Assembly (NCBI RefSeq): GCF_009914755.1
Contig: NC_060931.1
Length of the DNA: 64,000 nt
Source of the DNA: the human T2T-CHM13v2.0 reference genome, Homo sapiens
Strand: one strand, 5' to 3'
Positions 50,951 through 64,000 of the stretch are shown piece after piece (within the stretch, counting starts at the first letter, position 1; the number at the start of each line of letters is the position of its first letter). The notes below the pieces were generated by a model. It was not told where the DNA came from and made no database searches. It saw only the letters and a program-made list of their open reading frames with translations. The position numbers were made by a program, and so were the translations under genes.

Positions 50951-53764
50951 ACAGGAAGTGGTGGCACGCTGCTGGCAGATGCCTCGCAAGCCCTGGTGTG
51001 GTGGGTGCTGGAGGCACCCGCAGGCACCCCGGTGGCATGGTGACCTTCGAGCGGGCACGGACAGATGGGCCTCACCCTGGGCCATCTGCTTCCTCCCCCA
51101 GCTCTGTTTGAAAGGGGACGCCCACCGGCAGGTGGTGGGTTTGGCCTCAGTGGAAATGCAGTGAGAGCCAAGGCCTTTTGCGATAACATGGAGTTATGGG
51201 CAGGGGCCTGTCCCTGACTTGGGCCTTAAGGTTAGGGCCCCACTCCCAGCTTCATCTGCTTGCCTGAGGTTCTGGGGGATAGTGCACCTGAACACCTCCC
51301 TTTCTGCTTTCAGAGGTCCCCATAGCCGGGGAAGAAGTACTGGGTCTGGGGGGACCCCATGTGGTGCTGGGTTCTATCTTTTGTTGTGACATGCCAGTCT
51401 GACTTCCTTCTGCCTTTTCCCAACCCGTTCTTATTTCTTTCCTCTCAAGGCTGAGTTCTCTGTGAACTAATTAGGTGACAGAAAAAACTCATTAACGTGG
51501 ATCTGAGTAAATGGCCTGAATCACCGCTGTGGCTGGGGACTAGGAGATGGCATTTGTGCGAGCCCTGGGCCCCAAAGACAGGAGATGACCAATTTTTCCT
51601 CTTAGATCTGAAGAGGGTGGAGGCGGGAGAGACATCGTTGCTGCAGCTTCACTGTCCTTGGAGGAAGTAAAGACATTCCTGATTTGCTCCAAGCTTACCT
51701 TCCCCCAGCTCCTTCTGGAGGGCGACAAGCCTCGTGGGCCGGCCACAGGAGGGTGGGGGCACATCTGCTTCTGAGCTTTTCCCAGAGCAGGGAGAGGTTT
51801 CCGGGCTCCCCTGGCTCCAGCTTGATGAGCAGCGACCCCTCCTCCCCAGCTCAGGGGAGCCTCTGGTTGAGCATCTTTTGTGATGTGAAGGCTGATTCCT
51901 GGGGCGCCCTTGAGTTTTTTTTGCCTGATCTTAAATTTAACACAACAGGCAGAATTTCCCCTCCTAGAGCCCTCCCCTGACCGACTTCTCCATTGCGGTT
52001 TGGAAATACCCCATGGTTCCGTCTACTAGGCCTGGAAGCTCGGCCTCACCCTCGTGAAATCCCGGGAGCCGGTGTCTCATTGTCACCAGACCGACCCAGC
52101 CGCGGCTCACACATCCGTTCTCAGCCCTGCTGTTCCCACTCCTGGGCCCTGCTGCCCTGCTGCCCTGCTGTCCCTCCCTCCCCCCTGCCCAGCCTCTCCT
52201 GGCACCGTCATCTTTATCCACCTCACCCGTCTTGCGTTCCCACTTTTCTGCTGTAGGCAGTCTTCAAAAGAAAAAAAAAACCACTCCTTCTCCAGTTTCT
52301 GCCCTATATCCTTCCTGCGATAGAACTCCTCTCCATCTGCCAAACCATATTGCTTCTGTCCTGCGAAGCGGTGTCCCCACCTTCTTTCTGCGAGGAGGGA
52401 GAGGCGCAGACTCCCTGGGCGTTTCCGAGCACAGTCTGAGGCTGGACTGAGACCCAGCCCTCCACCCCCAGCCCCAGGGCGGAACAGACCTAGGCTGTTA
52501 CATAAACACAGTGTCAGCTGGGAGCCGGGTCCTGTGTTTCCTGGGGCTAAGCCTCTCGGTGGAAAGGGGCGGCAGTTCCGAGTGTATAACAAAGCCTCCC
52601 TCACTCTGTTTAGACTTCGGTGAAGGGTTTGTTTGTCCCAGCTCTGAAGGTGACGTGGGACCTGCGGTCAGGATCCATCTGGCTCTGAGGAAGTGCAGTG
52701 GGCACTTGGGCCTCCTGTAGTCTCTGCCACTCACAGTCACTTCTGACCCCGTGTCCAGGACAGGAGGAAGCAGGGGATGTTTGGCTTTCCTGTGTTTCAG
52801 GACAGGATTTGAGGAGAGGGAGACCATTTTGAAAAGTTCCTTTCCCACCAGAGGCCAAGGAAAGAGAAAACCTGCCCATTACTTGGCCTTAGGGAGTGGA
52901 AGAAGTACAGCCTTCAGCTGGGAGGGAGAGCTGGAGGGCTCACTATGTGCAGAGCCTCTGAGCCACCTTCACCTCACTAGTGGGGAAACTGAGGCTCAGA
53001 GAAGGGAGGGAGCCAAGCGGATACAGCCAGGGAGAGTATAGGCCTTCAACAGGAGCCCGCTTCCGGCTTGGCACTCACCTGCAGTGAGCGCTCCCTGACA
53101 GCTTGGGTTTCCTGGCTGAGTCCTAGAAAGAGGGATGCAGGAGAACGAGGGCCTCAGTCCAAATGGGGACACTGGGCACGTGGAGCGCAGGATGTTGTAC
53201 CAAGCTAGCCAGGAGCCCCAAAGGAGCCCGGGATCTTTCCAGGACCTGCTGGTCCCAGTCGTTGTGTGCAGGTGAGGGCCCGGCACAGGGGAGGAGCAGG
53301 GGCTTGGGGAGGGCCTGGGATCCCTGCTGGCAGTTCCCAGATGGGGGGGGGGGGCTCCCGCCTGGAAGTGGAAGTGGACCTGACTATTAGGTGTGTGTGC
53401 CATATGGCTACTATTGTGTGTGCCGGAGCTGGGCTTTGTCAGCTGGGTGACTTACTCAGGTTTCTCCATCGTTTTCCCACTAGGGCTTTTTTTTTTTTTT
53501 TTTTTTTTAAACAGTTACTTCGAGCATTCCAGCCGGCCTGGCCTGGCCAGCAGAGCGTTCTCACTGTCACCCTTACCCCACTCACTTTCATTCAGTTCAC
53601 AGATTGCCTGCCCTGGGCTGTGGGCTTGGTGACATCCTAAAGGGACTAAGGTAAAGAGATGTGGGGGTTTCTTGTTTGGGTCAAGCCTCAGCTAGACAGA
53701 GAAGGGGCCACAGCTGTGACTGCAGTTGGGTGGCAGCTCAGAGGGAGAGTAAGATGGTGCATGT

Positions 53765-54111
<347 letters not shown>

Positions 54112-56205
54112 TTAGGCACACCTGGGGTTTTAGTGTTTGTGTCTGTTTCTGTTCGTCCTGTGACTTGATCCTGGAGGACTGGCATGATGGTCCCCATGTT
54201 TGTGCCAGGGTGCTCTCTTGAGCTTTCCTTACTGTTCCTGGGTGGGCACTCCCTGGCCGGGCCCTGCATTCCGCCGTGGGCCCTGCTGCACCACACACTG
54301 CTGAGGTTCCCTTCAAAGACGAGGACTGGGGGGGTCTGGGATGGGTGCCGGGGACATGCATCTGGAGCCAGCCCAGGCCCCTCTGGCAATTCGTTGGTTT
54401 AGGGACTGAGTGTCTCATGGGGGCCTGGTTGCTTATGCAGGACTTTGCTCGCAAGAGTTCTAGCAATTCTGAAAAAGAGCATAACCATGTGGGTGCTAGT
54501 AGCCAGGGAAAGCTTCATTTGTTCCAGATACATTCATTTAGCTCCTACTGTGCGGCCCAGTTGCATCTAGCACAGTGAAAAGCAGACAATCAAAGGAGAG
54601 ACAGGGAGCGAAGGGGCCAGAAGGTCTGGGCTTGGTGCACCTGGAGAGAACGACTCAGCCTGTAGGAGGTGCCAGAGAGGCACTGGGAGTCCAGAAGGAG
54701 ACCTAGATTTTCAGAAGACCAGGGCAGGGCAAAGGTCAGAGACTTGGGAAACCTCATCACGACTTCTTTCTTCCGGGTCAGAAGCCAGAACAGGAAGACC
54801 TGTCCAGCCTGATCTCAGGCTGCATGGCCTCGTGGGAACCCCTGGTACCCTGCTCCATCCAGGGTCTCAGCTCTGGCTCTCCCCAGCAGTGGTACCCCAC
54901 AGATGAAGCAGTCCTTGTCCCTATGATGCCACCTGGCAATCTTCCTGTATCATTTATTTCTTTCCTCAAACGTGTGCCAGGCCTGGGGGTCCGGAGGATT
55001 CCCACATAGAGGAAACAGGATGATGAAGATAACGGAGGCAGGAGAACATAGTGTGGCTCTCGGAACGGCAAGTTGGACTCTGCAGCTCGGGTGTTGAGTT
55101 GTAGGAGATGGGTGGGTGAGGTGGGCAGGACCCTGGTGAAGGAGTATTTCATGCTTTCTCCAGTATTTATTTCCACCCTGCCGTGTTCCTAGAAACCGCA
55201 GGAGTTGGTGCGTCATTCTGCGAAAGATGGGCGTCACAAGCGTTTAAGCCTTTGAGAAGGCTTGAGCCACGCCAGCATCCACACCGCTCGTTTGTGCTTG
55301 TGAGCCCCCTACCAGCTGTCAGTGCGTCCCTGGCCCAGAAGTGGAGGGAACGAGGTACGCTTCTTGGAAAGCAGGTGTAGCCTGGGAGAGCCAAGGCTGG
55401 GGGGAGACAGACACCCCCGTAAGAACTCCCATGTCCGTGTGTGGCATTGCCTAAACATCCACCTGTTGTGTTAGTTTCTTTTTAATATGCAGGTAACTGG
55501 AAATTAGTTTAATCTGATGCTTTCCTCCTGACCCCTAGCTGACTTAAACCATTGCAGGCCAAGTGGTAAGGGAGCTTATTTTGGAGCGCAGAGTTGAGGT
55601 AGGGAAGGGGGGTGAGCCCAGCCACGTGCTTTGAGGGCGCAGAGATTGGGTGGTGCATGTTCCACCCGTGAATGTTCTTCCCTCTGCCAGGCTCACTGCT
55701 GGGGGTTGGAATGAGGCTTTGCAACACTTTGCATCTCATAGTTTATTTTCCCAGAGGAGGGTCTTTTTTGGATTTGCAAGTATTTCCATTTCACAAGTGA
55801 GACAGCGTAGGACCTAGATTAAGTAACTTTCCTGAAGCCACGCAGTGAGGGGAGGAAGCAGGGATTTTCTCTGGTTCTCCAACTCCAGGTCTCTGTGGTT
55901 TGCCTTGCATGTATGGGCTGAATAAGTGTTGTTGGCCACACCACATCAGCCCTTAAAAGCTGCTTCTACAGGAAACTTTATGGGAGTCAAATGGACCAGA
56001 GTTTAACTCTTGGAAGCCTTTAGAATATAATTTTAGGGTGAATTAGGCCTCCTGCTCCCTACTATAATTTTCTTCTGCTCCCCACTATAATTTTCTTCTG
56101 GACGTCTTCAATCCCCAACTGAATTGAATGGTGGCTCTCTGAGGCGTCTGTCTCCCATGGGTAGCACGGATGTAGCGTACAATAGACAGATGCTTGCTCA
56201 AGAAA

Positions 56206-56545
56206 CATATATATGTATGTATGTATTATATGTATGTATATGTGTGTGTATATATATTTTTGGAGACAGGGTCTCCCTCTGTTGTCCAGGCTGCAGTGCA
56301 GTGGTGCAGTCCTAGCTCACTGTAGCCTCAAAATCTTGGGCTCAAGCGATCTTCCACCTCAGTCTCCCAGGTAGCAGAGACTGCAAATATGCACCAGCAC
56401 ACCCAGCTAATTTTTTCATTCTTTGTAGAGATGGGGTCTTGCTATGTTGTTTGGCCTGGTCTTGAACTCCTGGACTCAAGCAATTTTTCCACCTCGGCCT
56501 CCCAAGGTGCTGGGATTACAGGCATGAGCCACCACGTCCGTGCCC
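56206..56545 (-). mobile_element. AluJ, antisense, with (TA/TG)n tail microsatellite at 56206-56257
   Basis: Alu homology plus dinucleotide run. Confidence 0.85.
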
Positions 56546-57784
56546 AAATATGTATTTAATTTAAATTTCATTTTAATGTGTTTAAGGGATGAAAGTAAAT
56601 ACATGCTTGTTACAAGCCATTCAAATGTAGAAGTAGGAAGGTGGCTGCCCGGCCTCCCCTCTCCTGGGAGGATCTGTGGTGAGCAGTCGGATGTGCATCC
56701 TTCTGGTCTTTTTTCTATTAACGACTCTTTGCTGGATTTGCTGTTACTAGGCTTTCGCAGCAAACGTGGGATTGTTGTGGAAAATGCTTTGCTGGGAGAA
56801 GGGGAGCCGGAGATTCACAAAAGGAGGCTCCCGTGTTCATTTGCGTATTTGGCAGCTCCTAGGCTGGGAGTCAGGATACCTGGGTTCCCGTCCCTGCTCT
56901 GCCACTAACTGGCTGTGAGAGCTGGGGCAAGTCTGCTCTGGGTGCGTCTTCTGAGAGTCACATTCTGGTTGTCTATGCAGCTAGGGGTGACCCTGGCGTG
57001 AGTATCTGGAACAGGCCAGGCTTGGCTCCCTGGCCGGGGGTCTTGTCTGTCAAGTGAGCACCTGAGCTGGGGTCCCTGAGATCTGTTCTGAGGCTGCCTC
57101 TGTCATGCAGCACTTTGAGATGCGCCCCCCTTGGAGCCCTCCAGGAGCTGAGAATCAGAAGAGATCCTGTGGGGAGAGGTGAGATTTTCTGTACCTCTGT
57201 TTCCTTACCTGAGGTGGGTCATAACAAAGCTCTGCCGCTTGGTAGTGCTGAGGATTGAGACCCCCAATGCGGTGTGCTTAGAACAGTGCCTAGCGTGTCA
57301 TAAGCACAGGTGAAATATCAGGCATTATTCTGAAAGAAAGGCGGCAGGGTATCCTGTGTAAGGGAATGCTGTTTATTACGTGCCGCCTTGTACGCTTGTC
57401 TCGTTATTGCTTTTGGACAAATTTTCAGAAGAAAATGGTCAGACTCTGGGGTCGGCACATTTTTAGGACGTTTGCGGCACTCTGGCACCCTGCCCTCCAG
57501 AAAGGCCATTTGATTTTCAGGCATAGAGACAGCCTGGAGTTCCCTGCCCCACTTCCCCGGCACCCCTTCTTCATCTGATACGTAAGAAAAAAAAAAAAAA
57601 GACTAAATGACTCTCGTTGTTTTACTTTGTTTGACTTTGATTACTAGTTGATCACTAGCTATTTCATTATTGGATTCACTTTGACTATTAGTGAGAGTCG
57701 ATATTAAAACATTTTTGAGAGGTCATTTGCATTTTGTTCATTCTGTACATATCCTTTATTCATTTTACTTTTGGTTTGTTCCTC

Positions 57785-58245
57785 TTTTTCTTTTTTCTTT
57801 TTGTAAAAATGGGGTCTCACTATGTTGCCCAGGCTGGCTGTAAACTCCTGGCCTCGAGTGATCTTCCCGTCTCACCTCCCAAAGTGCTGGCATTTCAGGT
57901 GTGAGCCACCATGCCTGGCCTCCCCTCCCTTCCTCCCTCCCTTCCCTCCTTCCCTCTGTCCCTCCCTTCCTCCCTTCCTCCCTTCCTTCCTTCCTTCCTT
58001 CCTCAGAATATTGGTCTGTCACCCAGACTGGAGTGTAGTGACGCGATCGTAGCTCACTGCAACTTCAAATTCCTAAGCTCAAGCAATCCTCCCACCTCAG
58101 CCTCTTGAGTAGCTGGGACTCAGGCATGTGTCACCACATCTGGCTAATAATTTTTAAAATTGTCTTGTAGAGTCAGGGTCTGTGTTGCCCAGGCTGGTCT
58201 CAAACTCTTGGCCTCAAGTGATGCTCCTGCCTCCACCTCCCAATG
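57785..58245 (-). mobile_element. Alu monomer plus (CCTT/CCCT)n tract (57921-58002) plus AluJ, antisense
   Basis: Alu homology on both sides of a polypyrimidine tetranucleotide repeat. Confidence 0.85.
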
Positions 58246-59029
58246 TTACTTTTTCTTATTGAGCTGAAGACCGTTTTAATCTCTTTTAATATAGGTTTTT
58301 CTACAACGTACATTTCTCTGTTTGCTGCAAGTCAGGCACTGTCTGAGTTCCCATAGTCAGCACTTCGGCCTCAATGTGCCCTGAGCTGAGCAGACAGTGC
58401 CATCCTCTGGGCCACCCAGGAGGCTGAGGCTGGCTGTGCCCGCTCCATACCGTAGCCCCAGATGGCTGTACCTTAGGGCTTTGTGCCTGTTCCTTTTCTG
58501 CCAGAACCCCTCCTTACCGCCGTAGGGGTGCCTGCCTACAGCAGCTTCCCTTTAGCTTTTTCAGTTTGGTGTTTTGATGGCTTGCAAACCTGAAACCCCA
58601 GCGCCTGGAGTGGGATCAAAGCCTGTCACAGGGGCAGAGGGAGGACCGAAAAGTCTAGACCCCTCCAGGGATCTCTGCTCTGCTTCTGCTGGGATCCCCA
58701 CCCCTTCCTGGGCCTGGGTTTTTCCAGGCACTGGTGGATGGCACTTCTGTGCCTGGAGGAGGTTTTGGTTAAAGATGCTCTAAATGTCTTGTCCAATCAC
58801 AGTTGTACAAAAAAAAAAAAAAAAAAAAAAAAGATACCAGAAAGGCAAGCCCCAGAGCCTTTGTTTGAGAAGAGTTGGGACGTTTTGGAGGCTTTCCATC
58901 ACTCTGAGGCAGCACCCCCTGCCCCCCTGCCACCCCATTATTACTTCTAGATTGTTCTGGATGGTTCTATATTGGGTGATGTGGAATGAAGCCTGGCCTT
59001 CATTTCTTCTCTCAGGGCCTGAATAGAAT

Positions 59030-59225
59030 AGAGGTTAAGCACCTGGGCTCTGGAGCCAGGCTGCCTAGATTTGAGTCCCAGACCTACCACTTGGGAGCTG
59101 TGTGACCTCGGGTGAGTTCCTTAACCCCTCTGTGTCTTAGCTTCGCCATTGGTAAAACATGGGCATCCGTTTCATGGTGTGGGCGTGAGAAGCAAATCAG
59201 TTAACGTCTGCAGAGCTTTTAGAGC
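59030..59225 (+). mobile_element. MIR
   Basis: GGTTAAGC..GGGCTCTGGAGCCAG..AGCTGTGTGACCTCGGG..TTAACCCCTCTGTGTCT. Confidence 0.7.
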
Positions 59226-59542
59226 AGCAGCTGCCCTGAGGATGTGCGTGCTGGGTGGCGACTGTCTCATTACTTGTCTCAGAGGCTCAGCTGTCATCAC
59301 CGCCTGCGTGGGGATGCGTGAGGTGAGGGCTGCATGAGATCACAGGAATGACCATTTCCGGACCCGAGCCTGAGAGCCCAGGTGGCAGAGTGTGGGGTAC
59401 GTTGGTTTAGCTCATCCAGGCCCAGGGGAAGGGACCTGAGGGGGCAGGGCTGTCACAGGGCCTGCACGTTCCCGTGAACACCCAGGGTCATCTTTGATGT
59501 TTTGCCTGTTGTTTTTTTCTCTGATTCAGCACTGTGCAGTAG

Positions 59543-60193
<651 letters not shown>

Positions 60194-60285
60194 TGATTTT
60201 CAATTTTCAAGTAGCCATATTAAAAAGATTTTTTAAAAGTGAGATTAATTTTAATATATTTTATTTAACCCAGTATATTCAAAAT

Positions 60286-60957
60286 TGTATAAGTTCTTAT
60301 GTTGCTATAAAGAGACACCTGAGGCTGGATAATTTGTAAAGAAAAGAAGTTTAGGTCGGGCACTGTGGCTCACACCTGTAATCCCAGCACTTTGGGAAGC
60401 CGAGGCAGGTGGATCACCTGAGGTCAGGAGTTTGAGATCAGCCTGGCCAACATGGTGAAACCCGGCCTCTACTAAAAAATACAAAAATTAGCCAGGCCTG
60501 ATGGTGGGCACCTGTAATTCCAGATACTCAGGAGGCTGGGGCAGGAGAATCACTTGAACCCAGAAGGCGGAGGTTGCAGTGAGCTGAGATTATGCCTGGG
60601 CGACAGAGTGAGACTCTGTCTCAAAAAAAAAAAAAAAAAAAGAAAAAGAAAAGAGGTTTAATTGGCTGACAGTTCAGCAGGTTGTGCAGGAAGGTGGTGC
60701 TAGCATCTGCTGTGCTTCCGGGGAGGCCTCAGGGAGCTTTTTACCGGTGGCAGAAAGCAAAGCAGGAATAGGAAGTCACATGGTGGAAGTGGGAGCGACA
60801 GGGAGGGCGCTACACTCTTCAACAGCCGCAGTGGGGACAGCACTCATGAGGGACCTGGCCCCATGACCCAAACACCCTCCCACCAGGCCCCACCTCTAAC
60901 ACTGGGGATCACATTTCAACATGAGATTTGGAGGAGACACACATCCAGACCATATCA
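60286..60957 (+). mobile_element. MaLR solo LTR (MST-like), interrupted by an Alu
   Basis: TG..CA ends with 5-bp TSD AAAAT; TTGCTATAAAG..ACCTGAGGCTGG..AATTT, and CATTTCAACATGAGATTTGGAGG..ACCATATCA. Confidence 0.85.
60354..60645 (+). mobile_element. AluS inserted into the LTR
   Basis: TSD AAGAAAAGA(A/G)GTTTA at 60339-60353 and 60646-60660. Confidence 0.9.
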
Positions 60958-61160
60958 AAAATATTCTCATTTCAGCATGAAATCTATTAATATATAAATA
61001 TCTATTAATAAGATATTTTTATGTTCTTCTGTTCATACCACGTCTTCACACTCCACTTGGTATTGACACCCAGCGCCTCCGCATGGGACTGGCCATGTTT
61101 GCAGTGCCCCCTGGCCATACCAGGCCAGTGGCTATGGTGTTGAAGAATAGCTCTGATTTA

Positions 61161-61775
<615 letters not shown>

Positions 61776-61829
61776 AAATGCCTGTTGGTTGTAAAAATTG
61801 AATACTGAAGTGTATCCTCTTTGATTCAA

Positions 61830-62130
61830 TTTTCTTTTCTTTTTTTTTTTTTTTTTTTGAGACAGTCTTGCTGTGTCACCCAGGCTGGAGTGCAGTGGTG
61901 CAGTCTTGGCTCACTAACAACCTCCACCTCCTTGGTTCAATCAATTCCCCTGCCTTAGCCTCCCGAGTAGCTGGGATTACAGGTGCATGCCACCACAGCC
62001 GGCTAATTTTTTTGTATTTTTAGTGGAGACGGGGTTTCACCATGTTGGCCAGACTGGTCTCGAACTCCTGACCACAGGCAGTCCACTTGCCTTGGCCTCC
62101 CAAAGCGCTGGGATTATAGGTGTGAGCCAT
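61830..62130 (-). mobile_element. AluS, antisense
   Basis: Dimer homology with T tail. Confidence 0.9.
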
Positions 62131-62167
62131 CTATTCAACTTTTCAAAAGATTATATTAAAAATTCAG

Positions 62168-62487
<320 letters not shown>

Positions 62488-63653
62488 TCACATAACAAAT
62501 ACTTCTTTGTCGAGCACCCACCTAGGCTGTGGTGATTACAGCAGACAAATCCATTTAAAAGTCTTGCTGAATTCACAGTAGTCTTTTGTCCCTGTGTGTT
62601 TTCTTAAAACCTAGAAGTACAACTGTTGTTGTGTGTGGTGGGTGACAAAGTGTGTTCATGTTAAGGGGCACTCGTGTTCCCACCTTGGGTCCTGTGCCAG
62701 GTGGGAGGGTGGAGCCCAGGCCCTGCTCTTATGAGATGAAGTGCATGTGGGCCCGGGGACTGGCACCGGGACCGGGCCGCTGGCCGCTGTCAGTCAGCAT
62801 CTTGACCACCTGCTAGGGGCTTCCCTCGGGACCGTGGGTCAGAGGCCTCAGTCAGCAAAGCCACAGTCTTTCCTCACCCCATCCTGGCATTTTAGGCAGG
62901 GGCCATTTTTGTAAGGTTTTTTCTGTTTGTTTGTTTGTGTTTGACCCATACTAAGTAATATACGTAATAGCAGAAAGTTTGTAAACACACACGGACTCTT
63001 GGAAACTGTGTTGCACAGAGGGAAGCTCCCTGTCTCTCCGCCCACTTCCTGGCTGAGAAACAGGGAGAGCCCCCACCCTGGAAATGAGGTGCTCATGGAC
63101 TGTGCCGGGAAGAGCCCGCGGTGCTGCAGCAGTCAGTGACGGATCCCTTCCTACCCGCTCTTGTGAATGTCGGGAAGGACCCGGGGCTTTGTGGGAGCCT
63201 GAGGACAGGCTGCAGGGGGCAGCCCCTGCCTGCAGTGCGCCCTTTGTGGCGTCTCAGATGGGGTGTCCCGAGCCCAACTCCGAGAGGGTCTTGTGGGGAT
63301 TTCGTGCTCCCCCAGCTGCGGTGCTGTTTTGGAGGGAGATGCCGTCCTGAACCCATGTTACTAGATTCTCATCACATCCCGGGCTGGTTGTGGAGCACCA
63401 AGAACCCTCCTGGCTTCCATGCCTGGGAGAGGCTTGGTGTGAGGTGCCACCTGAGCCTGCTCTGTGCCCTGCACTTCTCTGTGTGGGTCCTGAGCCGTAC
63501 AGCAGCCCCTAAGAGATGTGTCGCGTTCCACTTCACATGGGAAGGCTGCTGTCTCTCCCAGCAGCTACGCCAGTGTCGGGATTGCTCAGCAAGCTGCGGT
63601 GTAAACCTGGCTATCGAGTAATTAGCACCCTTATAAAAACAAAATTAAGGCCG

Positions 63654-63999
<346 letters not shown>

Positions 64000-64000
64000 T

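Overview
Human genomic DNA: the gene-dense, GC-rich cluster I recognise as chr7q36.1. In order it holds the 3' half of ABCB8 (+), complete ASIC3 (+), CDK5 (-), SLC4A2/AE2 (+), FASTK (-) and TMUB1 (-), and the first coding exon plus the start of intron 1 of AGAP3 (+). I walked the exon-intron structures by hand. Spliced lengths are ASIC3 531 aa, CDK5 292 aa, SLC4A2 1241 aa, FASTK 549 aa and TMUB1 246 aa, with intact frames. The rest is Alu/MIR/L1/L2/MaLR/MER repeats, a G-rich VNTR and CpG-island promoters. Most ORFs in the supplied track are GC-rich or Alu-derived noise. I see no wholly new gene system. The most interesting signals are regulatory: a FASTK uORF whose stop overlaps Met1, plus a splice-created out-of-frame AUG before mitochondrial Met35; a spliced uORF in TMUB1 that is in phase with FASTK exon 2; a last ASIC3 exon open in all three frames; an AT-AC minor-spliceosome intron in CDK5; a ZNF143-type motif array in the CDK5/SLC4A2 divergent promoter; GGC/GCC repeats in AGAP3; mirtron-like hairpin introns; and a nested transposon stack. 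Repeat boundaries and subfamily names are by eye and approximate.
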